A stretch of DNA of 64,000 nt. Origin: an uncultured Fibrobacteria bacterium (GTDB lineage Bacteria > Fibrobacterota > Fibrobacteria > UBA11236). The notes under the pieces are model-generated. The model was not told the DNA's origin and did not search any database. It saw only the letters and a list, made by a program, of their open reading frames with translations. Positions within the stretch are counted from its first letter, which is position 1. Each line of letters starts with the position of its first letter. Positions 1-11,635 of this stretch are shown one piece after another. The DNA lies in contig OY970309.1 of NCBI GenBank assembly GCA_963716395.1, forward strand, positions 3,008,001 to 3,072,000, given 5' to 3'. A program made the translations under genes and the position numbers.

Positions 1-143
1 AGTTGCGTTCCGGCCCAGGTCACCCCATAGAGGGTATTGCCATGATTCAAATTCACCGCCGTCCAATTGGATTGCGAGAAAGACATCACGGGGAATAAAA
101 GCAGTAAATACAATTGCCGGTTCAGAAGACGTGGTTTCATCAT
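1..143 (-). CDS. Secreted protein, 5' part only (runs off window start); probable beta-propeller repeat protein
   Basis: Manual translation of the minus strand gives MMKPRLLNRQLYLLLLFPVMSFSQSNWTAVNLNHGNTLYGVTWAGTQ..., a signal peptide followed by an LYGVTW repeat-like motif. AAGGA RBS upstream. Not in the ORF track because it is truncated. Confidence 0.7.
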   Translation of the reverse strand, partial: MMKPRLLNRQLYLLLLFPVMSFSQSNWTAVNLNHGNTLYGVTWAGTQ

Positions 144-297
144 AGCCTTGATTCCTTTAAGTGCATTCGGCGCCTATGGGAATGGTTTTCATCCAGCAAC
201 AGTATTTAGGCCGAATCAACACTAATAATTTTTTACCAGGGGAATTCGTGGCATATTTTGTTAACTACGAAACCGTTTTTTATAAAAATTTAATGTA

Positions 298-322
298 CGG
301 GGGTAGAAATTTTATACCCCCG
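298..322. promoter_or_regulatory. Near-perfect palindrome in an AT-rich divergent promoter region (candidate operator)
   Basis: CGGGGGTAGAAA-T-TTTATACCCCCG, with one mismatched pair, lying between divergent genes. Confidence 0.4.
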
Positions 323-455
323 GCCGTTCATGTTATTCCGGTCAACCAATGCACGGGTCATTCAAGATCCTTCACGCCTGGAAATTCCCGACCCACAATT
401 TCGGGGAACTGGATTTCTCTCGAACGCGAACCGGAATGACTTCTAGTTTGTTGCT

Positions 456-1217
456 ATGAAAAAAACCTGGCCCTGGGTGATTTTCCTGGGCGTCGTTGCC
501 GCCCATGCCGATCCGCACATGTGCTGGGCCTTATTTTCCCGACAGCAATTATTCTGGCCCAGCCTCGACTCTTTGCAACAATCGCATGCCGCCGACAGCA
601 CTATCCGTGTGGGAGTCTTGCCGGTTTACGCCGCGCAGTATTCCGAATCCACGCCCTGCGATTCCTGCCACCGGTTGTCGCAGGACGGCATGGAATTTTT
701 TCTGGGCAATGCCTTGACCCGGACGCTGGCGCAGATGCTGCCGGGGCACACCGTGGAGTTGGTGGATCCTTTTTCCAAGTTGCTGAACGCGCGCAAGGTG
801 GCGTTTCCCCAAATCCTGGACAGCCTGGAATTGCCTTGGCAAAAATGGTTGGCCGATTGCGGCGATCCCCTGATTTACCGCCCCCAGGAATTCATGGCCC
901 GTCCCCAGGACAAAGCCCGGCTCGAACGCGCGGCCGGCGCCTTGGGGTTGCCCTATATTTTCGTGGTGCGCGACTTCACGGTCGCTGTCAGCCCCAAGGG
1001 ACGCAGCACCCATTTCGGCGGGCTGCGTTGGAGTTGGAAAGGGGCGCTGTTCAATGTGAGGGCGGGTCGTTTCGAATGGGCCGTGGGTTTTTCCGAGGAT
1101 CGCGGTCTTATGGATCTCGACGAGGATTTGGAACCGGGTTTTGCCAAAGCCTTTGATGCTGCGGTGCAAAAAATACCGGTCGATCTGCAAACGCTGCTCT
1201 CCCGCGAACCGCGCTGA
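456..1217 (+). CDS. Exported hypothetical protein with one CxxCH motif
   Basis: Signal peptide MKKTWPWVIFLGVVAAHA; PCDSCH motif; coding-like codon usage. Confidence 0.7.
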   Translation: MKKTWPWVIFLGVVAAHADPHMCWALFSRQQLFWPSLDSLQQSHAADSTIRVGVLPVYAAQYSESTPCDSCHRLSQDGMEFFLGNALTRTLAQMLPGHTVELVDPFSKLLNARKVAFPQILDSLELPWQKWLADCGDPLIYRPQEFMARPQDKARLERAAGALGLPYIFVVRDFTVAVSPKGRSTHFGGLRWSWKGALFNVRAGRFEWAVGFSEDRGLMDLDEDLEPGFAKAFDAAVQKIPVDLQTLLSREPR

Positions 1218-1323
1218 GGGCGATTACTTTAACACCGCGACGCACGTCCAAGCTCTGAATCTTTCCTGCGCCGATCCCGGTTATGGTATCATGATTCAAG
1301 CACCCTTCAGATAAGGAAGGCCC

Positions 1324-3099
1324 ATGGCTGCCACGTTCAGCACCTTGCCGGAAATGCTCCGGCATGTGCGCGTTTCGTTCCGCAACCCCGCCGCGCTGGC
1401 GCATAAACAAGACGGCGCCTGGGTGCGCATTTCCACCGCAACCATGGCCGACACCGTGGAAAAGCTGGGCGAAGGCTTGATCGATTTGGGTTTGCGGCCC
1501 GGTGATCGGCTCGGCATCGTGGCCGATCCCTCGCCGTTCTGGATGCTGTTGGATTTGGCCGCGGTAGGGGCCGGGGCCATCACGGTTCCCATGTTCGCCA
1601 ATATCGCCCCCGACAATTTGGAATTCGAAATCCGCGATTCGGGCATGCGCTTTTTATTCGTAGGCTCGGCCTCCCAATACCAAGCCATGCAGCCCTATTT
1701 CGGGTCGCTGGAAAAAATTATCGCTTTGCCGAAGGAGTTGGCCTCGCCGGCCTGCGCCTCCTGGGAGCAGGTGCTGGCGGCGGGGGCGCGGCGTCTGGCC
1801 GGCGGTTCCTCCGCATGGACGCGCCGCAGCCAGGCCGTCAAACCGCAGGACTCGGCCACCGTGATTTACACCTCGGGCAGCACGGGCACGCCCAAAGGCG
1901 TCGAGTTATCCCACCAAAATTTGATCAGCCAGGTGCATTCGGCCGCCATCCGCTTTCCGCTCGACCCGGCCGTTGATTCGGCGCTGTCATGTTTGCCGTT
2001 GGCCCATGTCTTCGAACGCATGGTGGCGTACTTCTATCTCTCCACCGGCATCAGCGTGTATTTCGCCGAAGAGATCAAGAAGGTGGGCGAAAATCTACGC
2101 GAGGTGCATCCCACCATCATCACCTTGGTGCCGCGGTTGCTGGAAAAGATGTACGCGCGCATGCAGGCCAATGTCGAAAGCGCCACCGGTTTCAAACAGG
2201 CTTTGGGCCGGGCCGCCTGGCAGCGCGCGCGCGAAAAGCCGCATGCCGATCCCCCCAAACTCAAAGACAAATTGTACGACGTGCTGGTGTATCACAAAAT
2301 GCGCGAAGCCTTGGGCGGCAAATTGCGCCTGGTGATTTCGGGTAGCGCGCCGCTCGAACCCGAGCTCTACACCTTCTTTCTCAACATCGGGCTTCCGGTT
2401 TTCGAAGGGTACGGCCTGACCGAAACTTCGCCGGTGATTGCCGTGAATTATCCCGGGCATCGCAAGGTAGGCGCGGTGGGGCCGCTGTTCCCCGGCGTCG
2501 AAGTGCGCATTGGCGACGACGGCGAAATTCTGGCGCATGGGCCCGGCGTCATGAAAGGTTATTATGGCAAGCCCGAGGAAACGGGTCAGGCCGTCGCCGG
2601 TCCCGATCGCTGGATGCACACCGGCGATTTGGGGCATTTGGACAACGAAGGTTACCTGAAGATTACCGGCCGGAAAAAAGAGCTGTTCAAAACCGCCAAC
2701 GGAAAATATGTGGCGCCGGTTCCCATCGAGAAGGCGCTGATGGGCAATAAGCTGGTCGACATGGCCATGGTGGTGGCCGAAGGCCGGCCGTTCACTTCGG
2801 CCCTGCTCTTTCCCGACCTGGAGAATCTGCAACCGATCAAACAGGAATGCGGCTGCGCCTCCATGCAGGATGCCGACTTCCTGCGATCCGAGCCGGCGCG
2901 GAATTTCATTCAACAAACTCTCGACGCGCTCAACGCTAAGCTCAACCACTGGGAGCAGGTACAGAAGTTTTATCTGGCGACCCGGGCCTTGTCGGTGGCC
3001 GACGGCGAACTCACGCCCACTTTGAAAATCCGCCGGCATGTGGTCCAGGAAAGGTTTCGCAAGGAAATTGATTCCATGTACGCCCCACGGGTACAATAA
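1324..3099 (+). CDS. fadD: Long-chain fatty acid-CoA ligase
   Basis: YTSGSTGTPKG, EGYGLTET and HTGDLG AMP-binding motifs; GELTPTLKIRR C-terminus. Confidence 0.92.
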   Translation: MAATFSTLPEMLRHVRVSFRNPAALAHKQDGAWVRISTATMADTVEKLGEGLIDLGLRPGDRLGIVADPSPFWMLLDLAAVGAGAITVPMFANIAPDNLEFEIRDSGMRFLFVGSASQYQAMQPYFGSLEKIIALPKELASPACASWEQVLAAGARRLAGGSSAWTRRSQAVKPQDSATVIYTSGSTGTPKGVELSHQNLISQVHSAAIRFPLDPAVDSALSCLPLAHVFERMVAYFYLSTGISVYFAEEIKKVGENLREVHPTIITLVPRLLEKMYARMQANVESATGFKQALGRAAWQRAREKPHADPPKLKDKLYDVLVYHKMREALGGKLRLVISGSAPLEPELYTFFLNIGLPVFEGYGLTETSPVIAVNYPGHRKVGAVGPLFPGVEVRIGDDGEILAHGPGVMKGYYGKPEETGQAVAGPDRWMHTGDLGHLDNEGYLKITGRKKELFKTANGKYVAPVPIEKALMGNKLVDMAMVVAEGRPFTSALLFPDLENLQPIKQECGCASMQDADFLRSEPARNFIQQTLDALNAKLNHWEQVQKFYLATRALSVADGELTPTLKIRRHVVQERFRKEIDSMYAPRVQ

Positions 3100-3127
3100 C
3101 AGCGACGCCCAGGGAAGGGAGGAGCGC

Positions 3128-5452
3128 ATGCAGGCCATTCGATCCGCGGCGGTTGTCGGCAGCGGCATCATGGGAGCGCAAATCGCGGCCCACCTGGCGA
3201 GTTGCGGCCTGCGCGTGCTGCTGCTCGACATGCCGTCCGACGGCCCCCACCGCAATGCCCTGGCCGACAAAGGCAAAGACGGGCTGCGCAAGCTCAAGCC
3301 TTCTCCGTTTTACTCCTCCGAGGCTTTGCATCTCATCCAGACCGGCAACACCGCCGACGATTTGACCCGGGCCGGGCAATGCGACTGGGTGATCGAAGCC
3401 ATCGTCGAACAACCCGGCCCCAAACAGGAATTGTTCGGCCGCCTGCAAGCCGTGATGGGCCCGCATACCATCCTGTCGACCAACACTTCCGGCATTCCGC
3501 TCAAGCTGTTGTCCAAAGACCTGAGCCATGAAGCCCAGGCCCGTTTCATCGGCACGCATTTTTTCAATCCGCCGCGGTATCTGCGCTTGGTCGAAGTGAT
3601 TCGCGGCCCGCAGACATCGGACGAAACCGCTCAGCGCATCCGCCACGTTCTGACCCAGGTGCTGAACAAAGTGGCCGTGGACGCTTTGGATTCTCCGGCC
3701 TTCATCGCCAACCGCATCGGGGTGCACGCCATGGTGCGCACCTTGGCCATCGCCCGTGAAATGAAGTTGACGGTCGAAGCCGTGGACGCGTTAACCGGAC
3801 CGTTACTGGCGCGGCCCAAAACCGCCACCCTTCGCCTGGCTGATTTGGTGGGGCTCGATACCTTGGTGCACATTGTGCGTAATTTGGGCGAAGCCTTTCC
3901 CCAAGAAGGCTTTACGTTGGACCCGATTCTGGAACAATTGTTCGCTTCGAAGCGTCTGGGTCGCAAGTCGGGCGCAGGATTCTATCGCAAAACCGAAACA
4001 GGGTTGGAGGCGCTCGACCTCGACACCGGCGCCTACCGGCCCGAACAAAAAGTGCGCTTCGAAGAGCTGAAAGACGCGAGCAAAGAGGAAAACCTCGAAA
4101 AGAAAATGCGCAAGCTGTTTGCGGCCCAGGGGCCGGGCGCACAAGCCGCGCGCCGCATTTTGACCTCAAGCCTGGCCTACGCTGCCCAAGTCATGCCGCA
4201 CATCGCCGAAAATCCGGACGACGTGGACATCGCCATGGAACTGGGATTTGGTTGGGAGGCCGGCCCTTTCAAGCTGACCGATGCCATCGGTCCGGATTTG
4301 CTGCGCCGGGCCGGAGAAGAAGGCTCGATCCACATTCCGGCCTGGCTGCTCGACCCCTGCGAGGGTAGCGCGCAGGTTTACCAATTGAACCAGGACGCGC
4401 TTCAGGTCAAGCAGCCCGCGCCGACAGGTGTGACGCGGAAGGCGGTCGCTCCGCGCGGCTTCAGCCTGGCCCGTCATCGCGCCGCGCATCCACCCGTACT
4501 GGCGTCTTCCGACGCGACGTTGTGGGACATGGGCGATCAAGTGCTCTTGCTCGAATTCCATTCCAAGATGAATTCCATGGGTCCGATTTCACTCGACATG
4601 ATTGTGAAAGCCATCGACCAGGCCCAGAACGGTTATGCGGGTCTTGTCATCGGCAATCAGGGGCAGAATTTTTGCGCCGGCGCCAATATCGCCATGGTGC
4701 TGCTGGATGCGGCCAACGGTGAATTCGACAACATCGACGGTGCCATCCGCCAATTCCAAACCGCCAGCCTGGCCATCAAATACGCATCGGTGCCCGTGGT
4801 GGTGGCCCCGCATGCCATGGCCCTGGGCGGCGGCTGCGAATTCGTGTTGCACAGCCAGCGTCCCGTCTTGTCACCCGAAACCTATTTGGGTTTGGTCGAA
4901 GTAGGCGTGGGGCTTTTACCCGCCGGCGGCGGCACCAAGGAATTGACCGTGAGGGCCATGGATAAAAGCCGCAGCGGCATTCCCTTGCTCAACCTTTCCA
5001 AAGCGTTCGAACTCATCGCCATGGCCAAGGTTTCGACTTCGGCGCGCGAAGCCTTCGAGCTCGGCTATCTCGACGCCCGCGCCGAAATCGCCGACAATGA
5101 AACCACGCGTCTCGATCAGGCCAAAGGCGAAGTCCTGGCTTTGAGCCGGGCCGGTTATCGCCCACCGGCGCCAGCGATGCATGTCGAAGTGCTGGGAACC
5201 GAGGCCCTGGGGGCTTTCGATACCGCCATTTATCTCCTGCGCGAAGCCGGCTTCGCCAGCGAACACGACGCCTTTATCGGCAAGGCCGTGGCGCGCATCA
5301 TGGCCGGGGGGCGGGTCACACCCGGAACCGTGGTGGATGAGAATTATCTGCTCGAACTCGAACGCGAGGAATTTCTGCGCCTAGTCGGCACCAAGAAATC
5401 GCAGGCCCGCATCGAGCACATGCTGAAAACTGGCAAGCCCCTGCGGAACTGA
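3128..5452 (+). CDS. fadN: 3-hydroxyacyl-CoA dehydrogenase / enoyl-CoA hydratase (FadN-type domain order)
   Basis: VVGSGIMGAQIA Rossmann motif, STNTSG, HFFNPPRY; C-terminal crotonase FCAGANI and LGGGCE; GGAG RBS before ATG 3128. Confidence 0.9.
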   Translation: MQAIRSAAVVGSGIMGAQIAAHLASCGLRVLLLDMPSDGPHRNALADKGKDGLRKLKPSPFYSSEALHLIQTGNTADDLTRAGQCDWVIEAIVEQPGPKQELFGRLQAVMGPHTILSTNTSGIPLKLLSKDLSHEAQARFIGTHFFNPPRYLRLVEVIRGPQTSDETAQRIRHVLTQVLNKVAVDALDSPAFIANRIGVHAMVRTLAIAREMKLTVEAVDALTGPLLARPKTATLRLADLVGLDTLVHIVRNLGEAFPQEGFTLDPILEQLFASKRLGRKSGAGFYRKTETGLEALDLDTGAYRPEQKVRFEELKDASKEENLEKKMRKLFAAQGPGAQAARRILTSSLAYAAQVMPHIAENPDDVDIAMELGFGWEAGPFKLTDAIGPDLLRRAGEEGSIHIPAWLLDPCEGSAQVYQLNQDALQVKQPAPTGVTRKAVAPRGFSLARHRAAHPPVLASSDATLWDMGDQVLLLEFHSKMNSMGPISLDMIVKAIDQAQNGYAGLVIGNQGQNFCAGANIAMVLLDAANGEFDNIDGAIRQFQTASLAIKYASVPVVVAPHAMALGGGCEFVLHSQRPVLSPETYLGLVEVGVGLLPAGGGTKELTVRAMDKSRSGIPLLNLSKAFELIAMAKVSTSAREAFELGYLDARAEIADNETTRLDQAKGEVLALSRAGYRPPAPAMHVEVLGTEALGAFDTAIYLLREAGFASEHDAFIGKAVARIMAGGRVTPGTVVDENYLLELEREEFLRLVGTKKSQARIEHMLKTGKPLRN

Positions 5453-5471
5453 CGGGGAACGGAGGTTGTCG

Positions 5472-6650
5472 ATGCGCGAAGCGGTGATCGTAGCCGGGGC
5501 CCGGACGCCTGTCGGCAAAGGCGGCAAGGGGTCTTTCACCAAGGTCCGGCCCGATACCCTGGCGGCGCATTGCGTCCAGGAGACCTTGCACCGCGCACCC
5601 GGGGTCGCCGGCCAAGACATCGAGGATTTGATGCTGGGTTGCGCCATGCCCGAAGCCGAGCAGGGCATGAATGTGGCCCGCATGGTGGGCCTGCTGGCGG
5701 GCTTGCCCGATTCGGTGCCCGCCGTCACGGTCAACCGCTATTGCTCGTCGGGACTGCAAACCATTGCCATGGCCACCGATCGCATTCAGGCGGGTGACGC
5801 CGAGGCCATTCTGGCCGGGGGCTTGGAAAGCATGTCGATGATTCCCATGGGCGGGCATAAAATCGCGCCCCATCCCGACCTGGTCGCACGCCGTCCCGAG
5901 TCGTATATGACCATGGGTTTGACGGCCGAAAAAGTGGCCGAACGCTACCGCATCAGCCGCGAAGAGCAAGACGCCTTTGCCCTGCGATCGCATCAACGCG
6001 CCCTGGCCGCCGTGCAAGGCGGAAAATTCCGGGATGAAATAGCGCCTTTTTCCTGGACCGAAACCGGATGGGATGCGCGACGGCGCGAGGTGGCCCTGCA
6101 GCGCACCTTGGCGGATGACGAAGGTCCGCGGGCCGACACTTCAATTGAAGCTTTAAAGGCTCTCAAACCCGCTTTCAAGCAGGGCGGCACGGTCACGGCC
6201 GGCAACAGCTCGCAGGTCAGCGACGGCGCCGCCCTGGTGCTGGTGACTTCGCGCGCGTTCGCCGAAGCGCATGGGCTCAAACCCATGGCCCGTCTGCTCA
6301 AATTCAGCGTGGTGGGCGTGGCTCCCGACGTGATGGGAATCGGTCCGGCCTTTGCGATTCCCGCTGTGCTCAAAAAGGCCGGGCTGGCGTTGAACCAAAT
6401 CGATCTCATCGAATTGAACGAGGCTTTTGCCGCCCAAAGCGTGGCCATCGTCAAAGAACTGGGAATCGACGAGAACAAGCTCAACGTCAACGGAGGCGCC
6501 ATTGCCTTGGGCCATCCGCTGGGATGTACGGGCGCGAAATTGACTTTGACCTTGATCCACGAACTGAAACGCCGCGGCGGCCGCTACGGCTTGGTGACCA
6601 TGTGCGTGGGCGGCGGCATGGGTGCGGCCGGGGTTTTCGAAAGACTTTAG
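5472..6650 (+). CDS. fadA: Acetyl-CoA C-acyltransferase (thiolase)
   Basis: NRYCSSG, NEAFA, GHPLGCTG and TMCVGGGMG thiolase motifs. Confidence 0.95.
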   Translation: MREAVIVAGARTPVGKGGKGSFTKVRPDTLAAHCVQETLHRAPGVAGQDIEDLMLGCAMPEAEQGMNVARMVGLLAGLPDSVPAVTVNRYCSSGLQTIAMATDRIQAGDAEAILAGGLESMSMIPMGGHKIAPHPDLVARRPESYMTMGLTAEKVAERYRISREEQDAFALRSHQRALAAVQGGKFRDEIAPFSWTETGWDARRREVALQRTLADDEGPRADTSIEALKALKPAFKQGGTVTAGNSSQVSDGAALVLVTSRAFAEAHGLKPMARLLKFSVVGVAPDVMGIGPAFAIPAVLKKAGLALNQIDLIELNEAFAAQSVAIVKELGIDENKLNVNGGAIALGHPLGCTGAKLTLTLIHELKRRGGRYGLVTMCVGGGMGAAGVFERL

Positions 6651-6782
6651 GGAACCTCTAATAATCGGCTTTCGTACGCGCCTTGCCGGGGCCGTTTGGC
6701 CTCGGCCTTCGACATCCCTCGGCAGACTCGTGAACCAAGCTCAGGCTTCGTCCGCCGGTGGAGCGATTATTAGCAGCAGCCT
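6649..6782. repeat. MITE/REP-like element with imperfect terminal inverted repeats
   Basis: Left end AGGGAACCTCTAATAATCG vs reverse complement of right end AGGCTGCTGCTAATAATCG (10-bp perfect core at 6658-6667 / 6764-6773); internal CCTTCGACA...AAGCTCAGG. Confidence 0.4.
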
Positions 6783-6802
6783 TTTATGCAACTTCACGGC
6801 TG

Positions 6803-6835
6803 AATACAGAAAGGGCCGGGGTTTGGCCCCGGCCC
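6803..6835 (-). terminator. Intrinsic terminator of the 6861-7688 gene
   Basis: 9-bp stem GGGCCGGGG/CCCCGGCCC with a 5-nt loop, followed by TTTCTGTATT on the minus strand. Confidence 0.7.
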
Positions 6836-6860
6836 CGCTGCGGGGTGAAACACCACTCGA

Positions 6861-7688
6861 TCAACCCGAAATGGCGTTGTAAATCGCTTCGTCCAAGGTG
6901 AAGAACAGCTTGAGTTCCACACCGTTGGTCGAGGGTTGGTTCTGTCCCGACAAGGTGAAGTGGCTTTTCACCTCGGCGCTGAAAATGCGGTTGAAGGTGT
7001 ACAAAAATCCGGGTTGGATGGAAAACAACTGATCGGTTTGATCTACTGAAATACCCTCCACGCTTTCATTGAACCAGAAGGTGTACTCCATTCCCAGATT
7101 GAGTTCCAGATCCTGATGATGCTTGCGCATAGCCGGAATGGGGACAAAATAGCCGGGTTTGACGAAGACATCGACGAAATCCTTTTTGCTGTTGTTCTTG
7201 TCCTCGGTGGTGAAATTGTAGGAGGCATTGGCCAACAGACCGAAGTCGGCCCAGCGATGGCCGACCATGGGGCCGAAGGTGAAGGTGGCGAAATTGCCGG
7301 CGTCGAGAATGTCTTCGAAACCGATGGGCAGGGTGATGGCTGCGAATCCGCCGGCACCCGTGGCCGAGTCGGCGTATTTCAATGCAAGCACCGGGCGATC
7401 CAAGCCGGTGTGGCCGCCCGAATCCTGGAAGATGTAATTCACCTGCATGGAACCTTCGAGGCCGTCGGAGAGACCGAACTTGCCCTGCAGGGGCATGGCT
7501 AACGGGTTGTTGGAGTTTTCGACTCCGTTGTCGGACCAGTCGTCCAGATATTGCCCGTTGATGGATGAGCGGGCACCGCCTAGGTCGATCTGCATGATGC
7601 GCGTGGCGACGGGCAAATATTCATCCAAAGCCAGCGCGGGTGTCAATGCCAGACAGGTCAGGAGGAGAATTCGGATCGTGACGTTCAT
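6861..7688 (-). CDS. Outer-membrane beta-barrel protein (putative transporter/channel)
   Basis: Signal peptide MNVTIRILLLTCLALTPALA; alternating amphipathic beta strands rich in aromatic residues. Confidence 0.65.
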   Translation of the reverse strand: MNVTIRILLLTCLALTPALALDEYLPVATRIMQIDLGGARSSINGQYLDDWSDNGVENSNNPLAMPLQGKFGLSDGLEGSMQVNYIFQDSGGHTGLDRPVLALKYADSATGAGGFAAITLPIGFEDILDAGNFATFTFGPMVGHRWADFGLLANASYNFTTEDKNNSKKDFVDVFVKPGYFVPIPAMRKHHQDLELNLGMEYTFWFNESVEGISVDQTDQLFSIQPGFLYTFNRIFSAEVKSHFTLSGQNQPSTNGVELKLFFTLDEAIYNAISG

Positions 7689-7938
7689 AGTGCGGATCTC
7701 CGTGTTCGTGTGAAACAACCCCAGGGACAACCTAATTAATCCATATTCCGCGCAAGTTTTCAATTATAATCCTGGCGTCGCAAAAAAATTGCGGCCAAAC
7801 TGGCGTGCTCCCACCTTGGATAATGGTGGAATTACAAAACGGAAAAGGGATCGACGCGCGATCGCCTTTTTTTCGGGAAGGCTTCGCATACCCGCATTTT
7901 TTCCCGAGTCAGGGCGGTATATTTTACTATGGAACGGT

Positions 7939-8436
7939 ATGAAGTTCACGCGTAAAACCGACTACGCCCTGCGGACCATGCAATATTTGGCCCGGCGTTA
8001 TTACGTGTATCGCGGAGACGGCGAAGCTTCGGTCCCCGTGGCCGTGGCGGCAATTGCCCGTGAAACCGGTTTGTCGCTGCGCTTTTTACATGGGATCGTG
8101 GCCAAGCTGGCGCGTGCCGGTTTGCTTAAAACCGTTCCCGGCCCCAAGGGGGGCGTCACCCTGGCGCGTTCGCCCGAGGCCATTTCGATTCTGGGCATCG
8201 TCGAATGCGTCGAAGGGGGCATCCAGCTCATGGATTGCTTCGTCCATCCGGAAAATTGCCGTGACACCAACCAATGCTCCATTCAAAGCGTCTTATATAC
8301 GGCCCAAGACGCCTTGCGCAGCAGCCTGCGCCAAACCAATCTCAAGCTCATGGTGCGCGCGCAAAGCGATCCTTTCCGCACCATGCCGGAAAAACATTTT
8401 CTCAAACCCCAATTCGGCTGCCCGGTCTTGAAATAG
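7939..8436 (+). CDS. Rrf2-family transcriptional regulator
   Basis: MKFTRKTDYALR, GPKGGVTLARSPEAIS; Cys triad C-x6-C-x5-C. Confidence 0.9.
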   Translation: MKFTRKTDYALRTMQYLARRYYVYRGDGEASVPVAVAAIARETGLSLRFLHGIVAKLARAGLLKTVPGPKGGVTLARSPEAISILGIVECVEGGIQLMDCFVHPENCRDTNQCSIQSVLYTAQDALRSSLRQTNLKLMVRAQSDPFRTMPEKHFLKPQFGCPVLK

Positions 8437-8560
8437 CCGGACGCCAGCCGGATCCAGGCTGCACCCAAGGCGGGAAAAGAACTAATCGACAAAGATTTTC
8501 CATTGACCCCCCCTCGGCTTTTAGGCATTTTTATTTCACTTCTTCCGGCCAAAGGTTCGC

Positions 8561-9724
8561 ATGAAATTGCAGGAATACCAGGGCAAAGCCCTGTTGCGGA
8601 AGGCGGGGTTGCCGGTTCCGCGCGGTAAGGTCATTTTCTCTGCCGCCGAAACCGCCCGCGCGCTGACGGATTCGGGTTTGGAAAAAGGTGTGGCCAAGGC
8701 CCAGGCCTTTACCGGCGGCCGCGGCAAAGCCGGCGGCATCAAGCTGTTCCAAAATGCAGTTGAAGCCGAAACCGCGGCGTCGCAGCTCATCGGCATGAAC
8801 CTGGTCACCAAGCAAACCGGCCCCGAAGGCGTGAAAATTCACGCCGTGCTGCTGGAAGAGCAAAGCCGGGTGGCCCGCGAATTGTACGTGGCCGTAACCT
8901 TGGATCGCGCCCGGGCCAACATCGTCTTCATTCTCAGCTCCGAAGGCGGCATGGATATTGAAGAGGTCGCCGAGCGGTTTCCGGAAAAAATCCTCAAGCT
9001 CTATCCCGAATGGGGGCGCGGGCCGGATCAGGTCCTGCTCACACAAGCGACGGATTTTTTGGGTTTGCACGGTGCCCAAGCCGGGGAATTCAGTGACGTC
9101 GCCCGCAAACTTTACGATCTCTACGTCGCCAAAGATTGTTCCCTGCTCGAAATCAATCCCCTGGCGGTGAACGCCGCCGGTCACTTGGTCTTGCTTGATT
9201 GCAAGGTGACCATCGACGACAGCGCCCTGTTCCGCCAAACGGATACGGGCGGCGACCCCGACGCGGAAAAGGATCCGGCCGAAATCGAGGCGGCCAAGTT
9301 CGGCCTTAGCTATATCAAACTCGACGGCAATATCGGCTGCATGGTCAACGGCGCGGGGCTGGCCATGGCCACTATGGATATCATCGCCCATTACGGCGCT
9401 CAGCCCGCGAACTTTCTCGACGTGGGCGGTTCGGCTTCGGAAGAGGCCGTGACTAAGGCCTTTGCCATCATCTGCTCCGACCCGCATGTGAAGGCCATTC
9501 TGGTCAACATCTTCGGCGGCATCATGCCGTGCGACCGCATCGCGCGCGGCATCATCAACGCCGTCAAAACCACGGGCCTCAAAGTGCCGCTGGTGGTGCG
9601 CCTCGAAGGCACGCGCGTGCAGGAAGGCAAAACCCTGATCCGGGAATCCGGTCTCAACCTTATCTCCGCCGCTGATCTCGAAGATGCGGCGCGCCAGGCC
9701 GCCCACACCGTCGCGGCCAACTAA
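8561..9724 (+). CDS. sucC: Succinyl-CoA synthetase beta subunit
   Basis: [41 protein letters not shown]. Confidence 0.97.
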   Translation: MKLQEYQGKALLRKAGLPVPRGKVIFSAAETARALTDSGLEKGVAKAQAFTGGRGKAGGIKLFQNAVEAETAASQLIGMNLVTKQTGPEGVKIHAVLLEEQSRVARELYVAVTLDRARANIVFILSSEGGMDIEEVAERFPEKILKLYPEWGRGPDQVLLTQATDFLGLHGAQAGEFSDVARKLYDLYVAKDCSLLEINPLAVNAAGHLVLLDCKVTIDDSALFRQTDTGGDPDAEKDPAEIEAAKFGLSYIKLDGNIGCMVNGAGLAMATMDIIAHYGAQPANFLDVGGSASEEAVTKAFAIICSDPHVKAILVNIFGGIMPCDRIARGIINAVKTTGLKVPLVVRLEGTRVQEGKTLIRESGLNLISAADLEDAARQAAHTVAAN

Positions 9725-9735
9725 GGAAATCCGGC

Positions 9736-10611
9736 ATGTCCATTCTCATCGGTTCCGAAACGCGGCTCCTCACCCAGGGCATCACCGGGAAGGCCGGATT
9801 GTTCCACTCGCTGCAATGCCGCGACTACGGCACCAAGGTGGTAGGCGGCGTGACTCCGAAAAAAGGCGGCACCCGCGTCGAAGGTTTTCCCGTATTCGAC
9901 ACCGTGGCCCAGGCGCGCGCCGCCACCGGCGCCAACACCACCATGATTTTCGTGCCGGCCCGGTTCGCGGCCGACGCCATTCTCGAAGCCGCCGACGCCG
10001 GCATCGAACTCATCGTGGCCATTACCGAAGGCATTCCCGTTATCGACATGCTGAAAGTGCACCACGCTCTGGAAGGCCGGAGCTGTACCTTGATCGGTCC
10101 CAATTGTCCGGGCCTGGTGACCGCGGGGGTGTGCAAGGTGGGCATTGCACCCGGTCCCATCCATAAACGGGGAAAGATCGGCATCGTGTCGCGCTCCGGC
10201 ACCTTGACCTATGAAGCCGTGCATCAAACCACCTTGCTGGGATTGGGCCAAACTACGGCCGTGGGCATCGGGGGCGATCCCGTGCACGGGTTGACCCATG
10301 TCGATGTCATTCGCATGCTCAATGACGATCCGGAAACCGAAGGCATCATTTTGATCGGAGAAATCGGCGGCAGCGACGAGGAAATCGCCGCGGCCTTTAT
10401 CCGGGAGCAGGGGCGCAAACCTGTGGTGGGATTCATCGCCGGTGCTTCGGCCCCGCCGGGAAAACGCATGGGCCATGCCGGCGCCATCGTCGACGGCCAT
10501 GCCGGTACGGCCCAATCGAAGAAGGCCGCACTGCGCGCCGCGGGCGTGACCGTAGCCGAGACCGCGGCGGAAATCGGCCACAAGATGGCCCAGGCCATGC
10601 AGGGGCGCTGA
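9736..10611 (+). CDS. sucD: Succinyl-CoA synthetase alpha subunit
   Basis: [28 protein letters not shown] phospho-His motif. Confidence 0.97.
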   Translation: MSILIGSETRLLTQGITGKAGLFHSLQCRDYGTKVVGGVTPKKGGTRVEGFPVFDTVAQARAATGANTTMIFVPARFAADAILEAADAGIELIVAITEGIPVIDMLKVHHALEGRSCTLIGPNCPGLVTAGVCKVGIAPGPIHKRGKIGIVSRSGTLTYEAVHQTTLLGLGQTTAVGIGGDPVHGLTHVDVIRMLNDDPETEGIILIGEIGGSDEEIAAAFIREQGRKPVVGFIAGASAPPGKRMGHAGAIVDGHAGTAQSKKAALRAAGVTVAETAAEIGHKMAQAMQGR

Positions 10612-10620
10612 GGCCCGTAA

Positions 10621-11583
<963 letters not shown>

Positions 11584-11635
11584 CGCCGGAGTTTCCCGAT
11601 CCCTTGCCCGTCTGCGTCGGGCCGCGGGATATTCC

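Noticed and set aside
161-439. 92-aa ORF in the ORF track
   Set aside because: AT-rich intergenic sequence with atypical codon usage and no motifs; more likely a divergent promoter region.
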